Shown here: positions 1 through 11,133 of the stretch, piece by piece
Layout: each line of letters starts with the position of its first letter
Numbering within the stretch: position 1 is the first letter of the stretch
NCBI GenBank assembly: GCA_902560245.1
Contig: CACELK010000008.1
Coordinates: 4,459 to 68,458 of the forward strand
Length of the DNA: 64,000 bases
Reading direction: 5' to 3'
Source of the DNA: an uncultured Pelagibacteraceae bacterium
GTDB taxonomy: Bacteria > Pseudomonadota > Alphaproteobacteria > Pelagibacterales > Pelagibacteraceae
Position numbers and translations under genes: made by a program
The notes under the pieces: generated by a model
What the model was told of the DNA's origin: nothing
The model's database searches: none
The model's input: the letters and a program-made list of their open reading frames with translations, nothing else

Positions 1-1
1 T

Positions 2-493
2 ATGACTAATTATAACGGTTACTACCAAACTTACGATGCTGGTCACATTGATGATGATGGATATATATGGATAATGTCAAGAACTGACGATATTATAAAT
101 GTTGCTGGTCATAGATTGTCGACTGGTGCGATTGAAGAAGTTCTTTCTGAGCATCAATCAGTAGCAGAGTGTGCAGTATTAGGAATTGCAGATAAACTTA
201 AGGGACAGTTACCAATAGGACTAGTAGTGCTTAAAGCTGGTGTAACAAAAGACAATGAAACTATTTCTAAAGAGTGCATCAAAATGGTTAGAGATAAAAT
301 TGGACCTGTAGCTGCATTTAAAGTGGCAATTGTTATAAAAAGATTACCAAAAACAAGATCGGGTAAGATATTAAGAGGAACTATTAGAAAGATTGCTGAT
401 AAAGAAGAATATAAAATGCCAGCTACAATAGATGACCCAGCAATTTTAAAAGAGATAGAGGAAGATCTAATAAAAAATAATATTTTAAAATAG
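2..493 (+). CDS. prpE: Acyl-CoA synthetase (propionate/acetate--CoA ligase), C-terminal part; truncated by the window edge
   Basis: SRTDDIINVAGHRLSTGAIEE and LPKTRSGKILR motifs of the Acs/PrpE family. Confidence 0.8.
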   Translation: MTNYNGYYQTYDAGHIDDDGYIWIMSRTDDIINVAGHRLSTGAIEEVLSEHQSVAECAVLGIADKLKGQLPIGLVVLKAGVTKDNETISKECIKMVRDKIGPVAAFKVAIVIKRLPKTRSGKILRGTIRKIADKEEYKMPATIDDPAILKEIEEDLIKNNILK

Positions 494-1792
494 CATAGGT
501 TTTCCAGAAGGTTTTCCTAATATCTTACCGTTTTTCATTTTAATTTCACCGTTAACGATAGTCACGACAGGCGTGCCTTTAAACTTATATCCATTGAAAG
601 GCGACCAACCACACTTGCTTTGTATATCTTGGTTTCTAATTTCTATAACTTTGTTTAAATCGATAATTGTAAAATCAGCATCATATTCTTTTTTAATATA
701 TCCTTTATTTTTAATTCCAAAAATTTTTACCGGATTCTCACATAAAAAATTTACTAATTGTTCAAGTTTTAATTTTCCATTATTAATATGGTTTAGCATA
801 ACTGGGAGCAAAGTTTGAACCCCTGGCATACCTGATGGGGAATTTGGATACTCTTTATCCTTATTTACTTTTAGGTGTGGAGCATGATCTGATCCAATAG
901 TATCATTATAATTATTTCTTACAGCGTACCATAATCTATCGTAATGAGATTTGTCTCTGATGGGTGGATTCATTTGTGCGTATGTGCCTAATTTTTGATA
1001 ACAATCTGGTGAATACAATGTCAAATGTTGAGGGGTAATTTCAAAAGTAATATTTCCTTTATGTTGTGATAAAAAATCTACTTCCTCTTTTGTTGTTACA
1101 TGGAGTATATGAGCCTTTTTATTTAATCGTTTTGCAATTTTTACTATCCTTCTCGTTGATGACATTGCAGTTTCTTCATTCCTCCAGACTTGATGCGTAA
1201 GAACATTTCCATTTTCTCGTAATTTTTTTCTTTGATTAAGAATGTCCTCATCCTCTGAGTGAACTGATACTACTTTGGTTGTATGCTCAAAAACTTTTTC
1301 TATATCTTCTTCTTTGTGCACAAGCAAATTACCAGTTGAAGACCCAGCAAATAATTTTACTCCGCAACATCCTTCTAAATTTTTAAGTTTTGATAGTTCT
1401 GACTGATTTGTAGGAGTCGCTCCAAAATAAAAGGCATAATTACAAAACATTCTATCTTTAGCTAAATTCAATTTTTTTTTGAACTCTTTTTCATTTGCCG
1501 TTGGTGGGTTAGTATTAGGCATTTCAAATACACCTGTTATTCCTCCTACCATCGCAGCTTTGCTTCCGCTATTTAAATCCTCTGTATCTGTAGAACCTGG
1601 TTCTCTAAAATGAACTTGAGTATCGATACACCCTGGTAAAACGATAAGTTTATTTGCCTCCAAAACACCCTTTGATTTTTCTTTAATAGAGTCCTCTATA
1701 TGAGTAATTTTTCCATTTAATATGCCAATATCTTTTTTTTGAAGCTTTCCACTAATAAAACAATCTCCGTTTTTTATTATAAGATCTAACAT
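485..1792 (-). CDS. pyrC: Dihydroorotase (long amidohydrolase type)
   Basis: PGCIDTQVHFREPG, EMPNT, NPPIR and IGSDHAPH motifs. Confidence 0.9.
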   Translation of the reverse strand: MLDLIIKNGDCFISGKLQKKDIGILNGKITHIEDSIKEKSKGVLEANKLIVLPGCIDTQVHFREPGSTDTEDLNSGSKAAMVGGITGVFEMPNTNPPTANEKEFKKKLNLAKDRMFCNYAFYFGATPTNQSELSKLKNLEGCCGVKLFAGSSTGNLLVHKEEDIEKVFEHTTKVVSVHSEDEDILNQRKKLRENGNVLTHQVWRNEETAMSSTRRIVKIAKRLNKKAHILHVTTKEEVDFLSQHKGNITFEITPQHLTLYSPDCYQKLGTYAQMNPPIRDKSHYDRLWYAVRNNYNDTIGSDHAPHLKVNKDKEYPNSPSGMPGVQTLLPVMLNHINNGKLKLEQLVNFLCENPVKIFGIKNKGYIKKEYDADFTIIDLNKVIEIRNQDIQSKCGWSPFNGYKFKGTPVVTIVNGEIKMKNGKILGKPSGKPMLF

Positions 1793-1835
1793 TTTTCAGA
1801 AAAGTAACTATATTATAAACAGATTTAAATCAATT

Positions 1836-2723
1836 ATGAATAAAGACAGCGTTTATAATCTGGAAGATAGAGGAATACTTTATATTCATGGATATGATGT
1901 TTTAGAATATTTGCAAAATATAATTACTAACGATATTAACAAAGTTTCAGAAACAAACAGTTGCTTTGCTTCTCTATTAACCCCTCAAGGCAAGTATCTT
2001 TTTGATTTTATAGTAATTAAACATAAAAAAGGGTTTTTTATAGATTGTGAAAAAAGTCAAATTGACGATCTATTTAATCAATTAAATTTGTATAAATTAA
2101 GATCAAAAGTTGAGATTTTAAATTTAAGCAATGAATTTGTAGTTGCCGTTATATCGAAAGAAAAATTTCTATCATTTGAAAACGCAAAAGATAAAAATGG
2201 CTACACTATTAAATTTAGAGAGGATCCAATTGTTTTAGACCCAAGAAATAAGGACTTAGGAGCTAGATTAATTATAAATTTAGAAAAACTTCATTTATCA
2301 ATAAAAAAGTTAGCGCTTAAAGTTGAAAATACTGAGGTCTATTACAGCAATAGTTTCAAATTAGGAATAGCACAAAATAGTACAGAAAAATTAAAGAATA
2401 GGCTTTTTGGAATTGAGTGTAATTTTGAAGATTTAAACGCATTAGATTTTAAAAAAGGTTGCTATGTGGGACAAGAAAATACAGCTAGAATAAAATTGAA
2501 AGATAAACTCTCAAAAAAATTATTACCAATTAAAATATTAGAAGGATCAATAAAAATTGATGATCAAATTTCATTCAACTCAAAAGAAATTGGTAAAGTT
2601 TTAATAGATAATAATTATCCTTTTGGTCTAATAAAATTTAAAGATAAAGATTTTGATTTCGATAAAAAATATACTTGTGGTAGGGCAATAATTAAAATTT
2701 TAAGACCTATTTGGATGAAATAG
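1836..2723 (+). CDS. ygfZ: YgfZ/GcvT-family folate-binding protein
   Basis: LLTPQGK and KGCYVGQE signature. Confidence 0.93.
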   Translation: MNKDSVYNLEDRGILYIHGYDVLEYLQNIITNDINKVSETNSCFASLLTPQGKYLFDFIVIKHKKGFFIDCEKSQIDDLFNQLNLYKLRSKVEILNLSNEFVVAVISKEKFLSFENAKDKNGYTIKFREDPIVLDPRNKDLGARLIINLEKLHLSIKKLALKVENTEVYYSNSFKLGIAQNSTEKLKNRLFGIECNFEDLNALDFKKGCYVGQENTARIKLKDKLSKKLLPIKILEGSIKIDDQISFNSKEIGKVLIDNNYPFGLIKFKDKDFDFDKKYTCGRAIIKILRPIWMK

Positions 2724-2730
2724 TTTATTC

Positions 2731-2816
2731 TGGTGCGGCCAGAGAGACTCGAACTCTCATGAGCTAGGCTCACACGGCCCTCAACCGTGCCTGTCTACCA
2801 ATTTCAGCATGGCCGC
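2731..2816 (-). tRNA. tRNA-Leu(GAG)
   Basis: Reverse complement GCGGCCATGCTGAAATTGGTAGAC...CACGG-TT-GAG-GG-CCGTG, long variable arm, GTTCGAG T-loop, encoded CCA. Confidence 0.96.
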
Positions 2817-2825
2817 ACATGCGTC

Positions 2826-2865
2826 AGATTAATTGAATGACATTTATGTTTCAAGTTGATAGATT
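2826..2865. promoter_or_regulatory. Overlapping divergent sigma70-like promoters for tRNA-Leu and nadA
   Basis: Minus strand TTGAAA-N17-TAATCT (2854-2826) followed by GC-rich GACGCA; plus strand ATGACA-N17-TAGATT (2837-2865) ending 6 nt before the nadA ATG. Confidence 0.5.
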
Positions 2866-2871
2866 TATAGT

Positions 2872-3861
2872 ATGGAATTTACAGCTGAAATAAGAAAAGC
2901 AACAGACCCAATTTATAAAAAAATTTCAAAAGCTGTTCCAGAGATAGAATGGTCAAGTCATGCACCCTATATCTTTGAAATCAATAAATTAAAAAAAGAA
3001 AAAAACGCAGTAATACTAGCACACAACTATCAAACTCCAGAAATTTATCATGGTATATCAGATTTTTCAGCTGATTCACTTGCTCTAGCTGTGGAAGCTG
3101 CGAAAACAAAAGCAGATATTATCGTAATGTGTGGTGTGCACTTTATGGCAGAAACTGCAAAACTTATGAGTCCTAATAAAAAAGTTTTGCTTCCAGATAT
3201 GACTGCAGGCTGTTCATTGTCATCATCAATCACAGGCAAAGATGTAAGAAATTTAAAACAGAAATATCCAGGTGTGCCTGTGGTATCTTACGTAAATACA
3301 TCTGCAGATGTTAAATCTGAGACCGATGTATGTTGTACTTCTGCTAATGCGGTTAAAATAGTAAATTCTCTTGGTGTTAGAAAAGTAATTTTTTTACCTG
3401 ATGATTATTTGGCAAAGTATGTAGCTTCACAAACTGATGTAGAAATAATTTCCTGGAAAGGTACTTGTGAGGTACACGAACAATTTAATGATGAGGAAAT
3501 AAATGAAATTAGGAAAAATAATCCTGGAATTAAAGTAATTGCTCATCCTGAATGTCCTCCCGATGTAATACAAGCAAGTGACTTCACTGGTTCGACTAGT
3601 GGAATGATAAAATATGTAAAAGATAACCAGCCTGAAAAGGTCATGATGGTTACAGAATGTTCTATGAGTGATAATGTCCAAGTAGATAATCCAAACGTTA
3701 AATTTATAAGACCCTGCAACTTATGTCCTCATATGAAAAAAATTACTCTACCAAAAATTTTAGATTGCCTTCAAAATGAAACCAATGAAATCATAATGAG
3801 CAAGGAAGTTATTGAAAAAGCAAGAAGATCAGTAGAAAGAATGACAAAAATAGGCAGATAA
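2872..3861 (+). CDS. nadA: Quinolinate synthase A
   Basis: ILAHNYQ, CGVHFMAE, AGCSL, AHPEC and CPHMK motifs. Confidence 0.96.
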   Translation: MEFTAEIRKATDPIYKKISKAVPEIEWSSHAPYIFEINKLKKEKNAVILAHNYQTPEIYHGISDFSADSLALAVEAAKTKADIIVMCGVHFMAETAKLMSPNKKVLLPDMTAGCSLSSSITGKDVRNLKQKYPGVPVVSYVNTSADVKSETDVCCTSANAVKIVNSLGVRKVIFLPDDYLAKYVASQTDVEIISWKGTCEVHEQFNDEEINEIRKNNPGIKVIAHPECPPDVIQASDFTGSTSGMIKYVKDNQPEKVMMVTECSMSDNVQVDNPNVKFIRPCNLCPHMKKITLPKILDCLQNETNEIIMSKEVIEKARRSVERMTKIGR

Positions 3862-3866
3862 AATCT

Positions 3867-4700
3867 GTGGCAAAAATAATTTTAAGTAAAGATTTTATAA
3901 AAAGCGTTTGTAAATTAGCTTTAAATGAAGACCTCTATCCATCAGGAGATATTTCATCAAATCTTTTAAAAAAAAATATTGTAAAAAAGGTCAAACTAAT
4001 TTCTAACCAAGGTGGGATAATTGGTGGATTAGAATTTCTTAAACAAACATATAAGTTGATAGACAAAAGTATTAAAATTGATTTAAAAAAAAAAGAAGGT
4101 TCTAGAGTCAAAAAAGGAGAAACTATAGGTATTATAAATGGCAACATAAAAAATATACTAACTGGGGAAAGAGTTGTGTTAAATTTCTTATCCCATATAT
4201 CAGGAATTGCTACCACAACAAATCAATTTGTTAAAAAAGTATCTAAGAAATGTAAAATTTGTTGTACAAGAAAAACTATACCAAATCTAAGAGTAATTCA
4301 AAAATACGCTGTTAAACTGGGTGGTGGAACAAACCATAGATTTAATTTGAGTGACGAATATTTGATAAAAGATAATCATATTGCAAGTTTAAATATAGAA
4401 CAATTGGTTGAATTAGCGGTTAGAAAAAAAAATGGTAAAATAATTACAGTGGAGGTAGATAATCTAAATCAGTTAAAAAAAATAATTGGTTTAAAATTTG
4501 ACAGAGTATTATTTGATAACATGAAACCTAAAATACTCAAAAAAGCTGTAAAACTCTCAAAAAAATTCTATGAAACAGAGGCGTCTGGCGGCATTACAAT
4601 AAAAAATATCAAAAAAATTGCTAACACGGGTGTAAATAGAGTTTCTATTGGATCTCTAACGCATTCATTTAGTTCACTAGATTTAAAACTAGAGATATAA
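3867..4700 (+). CDS. nadC: Quinolinate phosphoribosyltransferase
   Basis: TRKTIP, HRFNLSD, IKDNH, VEVD and EASGGI motifs; GTG start. Confidence 0.95.
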   Translation: MAKIILSKDFIKSVCKLALNEDLYPSGDISSNLLKKNIVKKVKLISNQGGIIGGLEFLKQTYKLIDKSIKIDLKKKEGSRVKKGETIGIINGNIKNILTGERVVLNFLSHISGIATTTNQFVKKVSKKCKICCTRKTIPNLRVIQKYAVKLGGGTNHRFNLSDEYLIKDNHIASLNIEQLVELAVRKKNGKIITVEVDNLNQLKKIIGLKFDRVLFDNMKPKILKKAVKLSKKFYETEASGGITIKNIKKIANTGVNRVSIGSLTHSFSSLDLKLEI

Positions 4701-7358
4701 TTACTTTTTAAGCTCTGCTTGAGCTGCTGACAATCTTGCAACAGGGACTCTATATGGCGAACAAGAAACGTAATCTAAACCTGTCGTTGAGCAAAAATGA
4801 ATACTCTTTGGGTCTCCTCCATGTTCACCACATATTCCTAATTTAATTTTTTTATTTTGTTTTTTTCCATTTGAGGCTGCAATCTGAATTAAATCACCAA
4901 CCCCATCGTCAATTGATATGAAAGGGTCAATGTCAAATATTTTATTTTCAATATAATCATTAAGAAATTTTCCACTATCATCTCTACTTATTCCAAACGT
5001 TGTTTGGGTTAGATCATTTGTTCCAAAACTAAAAAATTCTGCATGTTTAGCTATATCTTTTGCTTTTAAAGCAGCTCTTGGAAGCTCAATCATTGTTCCA
5101 ACTAAAAATTTTACCTTTGTGCTATTTTTATTTTGAATTTCAGCTGCAATTCTAATTACTAATTCTTTCATAATTTTTATCTCTGCTTCTGTTGAAACTA
5201 AGGGAATCATTATTTCTGGCATGATAGGTTTTATTTTTTGATTTTTACATTCAATTAAAGCCTCGAATATTGCTTTACATTGCATTTCATAAATTTCTGG
5301 AAAAGATATACCTAATCTGCATCCTCTATGTCCAAGCATAGGATTTTGTTCATGCAATTCATCAATTCTAGTTTGAACTTCTTCATTTGACAAACTAAGT
5401 GATTTAGCAACATCATCAATTTCGCTTTTGTTTTTAGGTAAAAATTCGTGTAAAGGTGGGTCTAATAATCTAACTGTGACTGGTAATCCACTCATAATTT
5501 TAAATATCTGAATAAAATCATTTTTTTGATGTGGCAATAATTTTTCTAAAGCCTTATCTCTATCCTCCTTTGATTTAGAAAGTATCATCTGTCTTACCGA
5601 TAAAATTCTTTCCTCGTCAAAAAACATATGTTCTGTTCTGCATAATCCAATCCCTTCAGCTCCAAATTCTCTTGCGATTTTGCTATCGTATGGTGTTTCT
5701 GAGTTAGTTCTAATTTTTAATTTCCTTGCTTTATCAGACCAGTCTAAGATTTTTGAAAAATCTCCTGAAATTTCTGGCTTTACGGTTTTTACCTCTCCTA
5801 ATATTATTCTACCTGTAGATCCATCAATAGTAATTATATCACCTTCTTTTATTTCTCGATTTTTAGTTTTAAAAATTTTATTTTTGTAATCAATCTCAAT
5901 TTCACTAGATCCAGATACGCATGGTCTCCCCATTCCTCTGGCAACTACCGCTGCATGACTTGTCATGCCTCCCCGTGATGTAAGAATCCCTTTAGCGGCA
6001 TGCATTCCATGAATGTCTTCTGGTGAAGTTTCAACTCTAACCAGAATAACATTTTGCATAGTATCATTTAATCTTTCTGCTTCATCAGAGGAAAAAACAA
6101 CTTTACCACTCACAGCTCCTGGAGATGCTGGCAAACCTCTAGCTATAACCTCTAACTCACTTTTTTCATCTAAACTTGGATGTAGCAGTGTATCTAAAGT
6201 ATTTGGATCTATTCTTAAAATCGCTTGATTTTTTGAAATTTTTTTTTCTTTGACCATATCAACAGCAATTTTTACTGCTGACTTTGCTGTTCGTTTTCCT
6301 GATCTAGTTTGCAAAATCCAAAGCTTACTATTTTCAACAGTAAATTCTACATCTTGCATATCTTTATAATATTTTTCCAAAAGCCTAAGTATTTTTTTTA
6401 ATTCTTTAAAAACTTTAGGCATAGCTTCTTCCATTGAATTTTCTTTAGAGTTTGAATTTTTTCTTGCTTTTTTTGTTATATATTGAGGTGTCCGTGTGCC
6501 TGCTACCACATCTTCTCCTTGAGCATTAATTAAATATTCTCCATAGATTTCATTATTTCCATTAGAAGGATTTCTTGTAAATACGACTCCAGTAGCACAG
6601 TCATTTCCCATATTTCCAAAAACCATTGACTGAACATTAACAGCAGTCCCCCATTCAGAAGGAATGCCATTAATTTTTCTATAAACTTTAGCTCTGTTAC
6701 TTTGCCAAGATAAAAAAACTGCTGAAATAGCTCCAATTAATTGATGATAAACATCTTGGGGGAAGTCTTTTTTTGTTCTTTCTTTTACTATACTTTTGAA
6801 ATCTTTGATTAAACCATCCCAATCTTCAGCATCAAGCTCAGTATCAAGCAAAACACCTTTTGTGAGTTTATAGTTCTCAATTAAATCTTCAAAATAATAA
6901 TTTTCAATGCCTAAAACAACATTTGAGTACATTTGAATAAATCTTCTATAACTATCCTTGGCAAATCTTTTATTAGAAGTTTTTTTGGCCAAAGCTAAGA
7001 CAGTTTTATCATTTAAACCAAGATTTAATATAGTATCCATCATGCCCGGCATTGATACTCTGGCTCCAGATCTTACTGATACTAGTAGTGGATTTTTCAA
7101 ATCACCAAATTTTTTTTTAGTTTCCATCTCTATTTTTTCTAACTCTTTTTTAATAATTTTGATTATTTTTGAACTTAATTTTTTTCTATCTTTATAAAAT
7201 ATTTCACAAACTTTTGTTGAAATTGTAAAACCAGGTGGAACCGGTAAACCCATTTTTCCCATTTGAGATAGGTTTGCGCCCTTACCTCCCAAATAATTTT
7301 TTGAGGTCTTTATATTTTTAATTTCCTTTGATTTAAAATTTAAAATTAGTTTATTCAC
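4701..7358 (-). CDS. ppdK: Pyruvate phosphate dikinase
   Basis: LGGKGANL, GGMTSHAAVVARG, GLCRTEHMF and FSFGTNDLTQ motifs. Confidence 0.98.
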   Translation of the reverse strand: MNKLILNFKSKEIKNIKTSKNYLGGKGANLSQMGKMGLPVPPGFTISTKVCEIFYKDRKKLSSKIIKIIKKELEKIEMETKKKFGDLKNPLLVSVRSGARVSMPGMMDTILNLGLNDKTVLALAKKTSNKRFAKDSYRRFIQMYSNVVLGIENYYFEDLIENYKLTKGVLLDTELDAEDWDGLIKDFKSIVKERTKKDFPQDVYHQLIGAISAVFLSWQSNRAKVYRKINGIPSEWGTAVNVQSMVFGNMGNDCATGVVFTRNPSNGNNEIYGEYLINAQGEDVVAGTRTPQYITKKARKNSNSKENSMEEAMPKVFKELKKILRLLEKYYKDMQDVEFTVENSKLWILQTRSGKRTAKSAVKIAVDMVKEKKISKNQAILRIDPNTLDTLLHPSLDEKSELEVIARGLPASPGAVSGKVVFSSDEAERLNDTMQNVILVRVETSPEDIHGMHAAKGILTSRGGMTSHAAVVARGMGRPCVSGSSEIEIDYKNKIFKTKNREIKEGDIITIDGSTGRIILGEVKTVKPEISGDFSKILDWSDKARKLKIRTNSETPYDSKIAREFGAEGIGLCRTEHMFFDEERILSVRQMILSKSKEDRDKALEKLLPHQKNDFIQIFKIMSGLPVTVRLLDPPLHEFLPKNKSEIDDVAKSLSLSNEEVQTRIDELHEQNPMLGHRGCRLGISFPEIYEMQCKAIFEALIECKNQKIKPIMPEIMIPLVSTEAEIKIMKELVIRIAAEIQNKNSTKVKFLVGTMIELPRAALKAKDIAKHAEFFSFGTNDLTQTTFGISRDDSGKFLNDYIENKIFDIDPFISIDDGVGDLIQIAASNGKKQNKKIKLGICGEHGGDPKSIHFCSTTGLDYVSCSPYRVPVARLSAAQAELKK

Positions 7359-9424
7359 TTAATACTTTCAATGCTTGCAAAATTTATATAATTGTCGAAC
7401 GTTTTACATAACATTTGTAAAAGTTCCAACCGATTTTTTTTTATAGCGTGGTCTTCATCATTAACTATAACATTATCGAAAAAATCACTAATTGTTGGTT
7501 TTGCATTTGCTAAATTTCCTAACGTTACATAATAATCTTCATCTTTATTAATACTGGTAAAATACTTTCTTAATTCATGAATCTTTTTATACAAATTTTT
7601 TTCATATTCATTTTTGAAAATACCGGGATCTGTTGTATTCGAAAGATCTAGGTCTTTATTTTTAAGTTCGTTTTCTAAAATATTAGAGGCTCTTTTGTAA
7701 CTTAAAATTATATCATTTCCGATATCTTTTATAATAACTCTATTAAGGGCAAGTGCCTTGCTATACATTTGCGAGGCTTGATCTATTGAAAAAGAATCTA
7801 TACTTGCCTCAACAATATCATAGCGAATATCTTTCTGTTTCATATAGAATTTTAATCTTTCAATCAAAAATGTAGATAGCTCCTCTTGAACCTTTTCGTT
7901 TGGAAAGTTAAATCCTTGATCTCTATAAAGTGTAATTGAATATTTTATTAAGTCTGTTATTTTAAACTCTTTTTTATTTTCCAATAGCAATCTAATAATA
8001 CCTAAAGCTGACCTCCTTAAAGCATATGGATCTTTAGAGCTAGTTGGTTTTTGATTTACTCCAAAAAAACCAACCAGAGTATCTATTTTATCAGTTAAAG
8101 CTAATGCAATACTGAAAGGTTTTTTTGGAACTTTACTTTCTAAACCTGTTGGTAAATAATGTTCACTAATCGCTAGAGAAATATCTTTATCAAATCCTTG
8201 GGAACTTGCAAAATATCCTCCTATTACTCCTTGCAGTTCGGGAAACTCATTTACAATATCTGATATAAGATCAATTTTACATATAGATGTTAAAAGTTCT
8301 ATTTTTTCTTTACTTATAAGCATTTCGTCCGAGATTAAAGCGCCTAGCTTCCTCATTCTTTGAACTTTATCAAAGTACGAACCTAAGCCCTCAAAGTAAT
8401 TGATAGATTTTAGTTTTGAAATTTGCTTTATTAAATTTTGAGATTTATTTTTTTCCCAAAAAAAACTAGCATCACTTAATCTTGCATCAACTACTCTTTC
8501 GTTTCCTATTTTTATGAAACCTTTGTTATCTTTGATATTTGCTACAACAAAAAACTCATTAGTAATGTTTCCCTTTTGATCAAAAGTGTGGAAGTACTTT
8601 TGATGATGTTGCATTGTAATTATTAAGATTTCTTCTGGTATTTCTAAAAATTTTTGATCAAATTTACAACTTAGAATGTGGGGTTGGTCTACTAAATCAA
8701 CCACCTCATTTAAAAGTTTAACATTAATTTCTAAATTAACATTTTTTCGTTCAGAAATTTTTTGTAACTGCTTTTCAATTAATTTTTTTCTATAGTTTTG
8801 GTTTATAATAATCCCTCTTTTATTAAAATAATCATTATAACTACTGAAGTTTTTAAATATTTTTTTTTTATCCTCAAATTCTTTATCAACAAAAGTAAAA
8901 TTTGAACTTTCTAGATGATAAAATTTGAATGATAGTTTTTTATTGTCAAAAATACTTAAAATTGATTTTAAGGGCCTTCCCCACTCCATTTCAAAATCGT
9001 TCCATTTCATTGATTTTTTCCATGAAATTTTATCAAGTATTAAGGGAACGTTCTTTTCTAATAAATCAAAGGTATTTACAGTTTTTTCTTGTTTTTTAAA
9101 AAAGTAAAATTCTCCTTTTTCAGTATTTTTTTTATAAATTTCATTTTTGGTAATTTGGTTTGATCTTAAAAATCCTTCTAATGCTTTTTCAGGAGCATTA
9201 ATATTTGGACCTCTTATTTCTTCTGATTTTTCTTTTATTTCTTTATCTAATCCTTCAAATAAAATTATTAATCTATTAGGAGTAGAATAAGAGTTGGAAC
9301 TTTTAAACTTTAAATTTTTTTCCTTAAATATTTGTTTAAAATTTTCTAATAAAAAATCTCTTGCATTTTTTTGAAGTTTGGGAGGTATCTCCTCGCTAAA
9401 AAGTTCTAAAAAAAATTCAGCCAT
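7355..9424 (-). CDS. glyS: Glycine--tRNA ligase beta subunit
   Basis: LELFSEEIP, TPNRL, EFPELQG and SKDPYALRR motifs. Confidence 0.97.
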   Translation of the reverse strand: MAEFFLELFSEEIPPKLQKNARDFLLENFKQIFKEKNLKFKSSNSYSTPNRLIILFEGLDKEIKEKSEEIRGPNINAPEKALEGFLRSNQITKNEIYKKNTEKGEFYFFKKQEKTVNTFDLLEKNVPLILDKISWKKSMKWNDFEMEWGRPLKSILSIFDNKKLSFKFYHLESSNFTFVDKEFEDKKKIFKNFSSYNDYFNKRGIIINQNYRKKLIEKQLQKISERKNVNLEINVKLLNEVVDLVDQPHILSCKFDQKFLEIPEEILIITMQHHQKYFHTFDQKGNITNEFFVVANIKDNKGFIKIGNERVVDARLSDASFFWEKNKSQNLIKQISKLKSINYFEGLGSYFDKVQRMRKLGALISDEMLISKEKIELLTSICKIDLISDIVNEFPELQGVIGGYFASSQGFDKDISLAISEHYLPTGLESKVPKKPFSIALALTDKIDTLVGFFGVNQKPTSSKDPYALRRSALGIIRLLLENKKEFKITDLIKYSITLYRDQGFNFPNEKVQEELSTFLIERLKFYMKQKDIRYDIVEASIDSFSIDQASQMYSKALALNRVIIKDIGNDIILSYKRASNILENELKNKDLDLSNTTDPGIFKNEYEKNLYKKIHELRKYFTSINKDEDYYVTLGNLANAKPTISDFFDNVIVNDEDHAIKKNRLELLQMLCKTFDNYINFASIESIK

Positions 9425-9426
9425 TA

Positions 9427-10320
9427 TTATTTTTGACTATTTACCCAAATTTCTGCTGCACCTTTTGTTATATCCCTAATTCTACCAATATACTCAGCTC
9501 TTTGTGCAACGCTAATTACTCCTCTGGCATCTAAGATATTAAAAACATGACTTGCTTTTAAACATTGGTCGTAAGCAGGTAATGATATTTTTTTTTCAAT
9601 AAGAGATTTAGCTTCCATTTCTAACATATCAAAAATTTTAAATAAATTTTCAGTATTTGCATATTCAAAGTTATAGGCAGAAAATTCTTTTTCGGCTTGG
9701 TGGAAAACTTCTCTATATTCTATTCCTTGATTGTTCCATAAAAGATCAAAAACATTTTTTTTTTGTTGAGTAAACATACAAATTCTTTCTAACCCATAAG
9801 TTAACTCTACTGAAACTGGTTTACATTGCATGCCTGCCATTTGTTGAAAATAAGTAAATTGAGTAATTTCCATTCCATCACACCAAACTTCCCACCCAAG
9901 ACCTGCAGCACCAAGTGTTGGACTTTCCCAATCATCCTCCACAAATCTAATATCATGATCATTATGATTTATGCCAATAACACTTAAGCTGTTTAAGTAA
10001 AGTTTTTTTATTTCTTTAGGAGATGGCTTTATTAAAACTTGAAACTGATAATAGTGTTGTAATCTATTTGGATTATCTCCATACCTTCCATCTGTTGGCC
10101 TCCTTGATGGTTGGACATATGCAACTTTCCAAGGTTTTGTACCTAAGGATCTTAAAGTAGTTGCTGGATGAAATGTTCCTGCTCCAACCTCCATGTCATA
10201 AGGTTGAACAATGACACAACCTTGTTTGCTCCAATATTTTTGTAAATTTAAAATTGTATCTTGAAAAGATTGAAATTTAGGTTTTGTTTTTTTTTTTATC
10301 TTTTTTATTTTTTTTGGCAT
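9427..10320 (-). CDS. glyQ: Glycine--tRNA ligase alpha subunit
   Basis: [18 protein letters not shown] and GLGWEVW motifs. Confidence 0.98.
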   Translation of the reverse strand: MPKKIKKIKKKTKPKFQSFQDTILNLQKYWSKQGCVIVQPYDMEVGAGTFHPATTLRSLGTKPWKVAYVQPSRRPTDGRYGDNPNRLQHYYQFQVLIKPSPKEIKKLYLNSLSVIGINHNDHDIRFVEDDWESPTLGAAGLGWEVWCDGMEITQFTYFQQMAGMQCKPVSVELTYGLERICMFTQQKKNVFDLLWNNQGIEYREVFHQAEKEFSAYNFEYANTENLFKIFDMLEMEAKSLIEKKISLPAYDQCLKASHVFNILDARGVISVAQRAEYIGRIRDITKGAAEIWVNSQK

Positions 10321-11133
10321 TTATAAACCAAATTTTTGCCACAGGGCTCTTTCTTCTATAACGCTAGCTATATTATCAATTTGATTATCAATTGAAGATG
10401 ATAGTTTTTTTGCTATAAAACTTTTTTGCTTCTCTAGATTTTTAATGACTATGTTATCTCCAAATTTTTCTCTCAAAATTTGTTCTGCATTTCCAATACC
10501 GTCTATTAATCCCAATTTCATTGATGTAGAACCTGACCAAAATTCGCCTGTAAAAGTATTATTTTTTTCGGGATCTTTAAGTTTTGACCCCCTGCTTTTT
10601 TTTACCACATCTATAAAATCTGAATGAAGCTCTAGTTGTAATTTTTTTATTCTGTCAATATCCTCTACTTTTTCTTCTTTGAAAGGATCCAAGGTACTTT
10701 TGTTTTTTCCAGCAGTATAGACTCTTCTTTGTATACCAATTTTTTTAATAGCTTCTTGAAAACCGAAAGAGGCTGAGATAACTCCAATAGAACCCACTAT
10801 AGAACTTGAATTAGCGTATATTTCGTCTCCTGCGCAAGCTATTAAATATCCGCCAGAGGCAGCAACATCTTCTGCAAAAACTATAACTTTTTTTTCATTT
10901 TTTTTTGCTAATTGCCTTATGTAATCATGAATTAAGTGAGATTGAACAGGAGATCCTCCTGGTGAGTTAATTGATATAGCTATATTTTTTGCCTTTTTAA
11001 ATGAAAAAGCTTTTTTAATAATTTCTTGCTGACCTGAAAAATCAATTCCCTGTTTAAATCTACCAGCAGATCCAATAACACCAGACAACCTTATATGAGG
11101 AATAATTTTTTTTTTTTTAAAAATAGAGAACAT
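10321..11133 (-). CDS. S49-family (SppA/SohB-like) peptidase
   Basis: INSPGGSPVQS, AASGGY and GSIGV motifs. Confidence 0.9.
   Translation of the reverse strand: MFSIFKKKKIIPHIRLSGVIGSAGRFKQGIDFSGQQEIIKKAFSFKKAKNIAISINSPGGSPVQSHLIHDYIRQLAKKNEKKVIVFAEDVAASGGYLIACAGDEIYANSSSIVGSIGVISASFGFQEAIKKIGIQRRVYTAGKNKSTLDPFKEEKVEDIDRIKKLQLELHSDFIDVVKKSRGSKLKDPEKNNTFTGEFWSGSTSMKLGLIDGIGNAEQILREKFGDNIVIKNLEKQKSFIAKKLSSSIDNQIDNIASVIEERALWQKFGL

Noticed and set aside
2820-2826. TGCGTC upstream of nadA as a RegA half-site, and a nearby weak NadQ-like palindrome
   Set aside because: Better explained as the GC-rich discriminator of the divergent tRNA-Leu promoter. The NadQ match needs a gap and several mismatches.
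11106-11118. Long poly-A/T tracts (here T13; also near 53431 and 57291) as possible phase-variation switches
   Set aside because: Such tracts are common throughout core genes as Lys/Phe codon runs, and all frames are intact.
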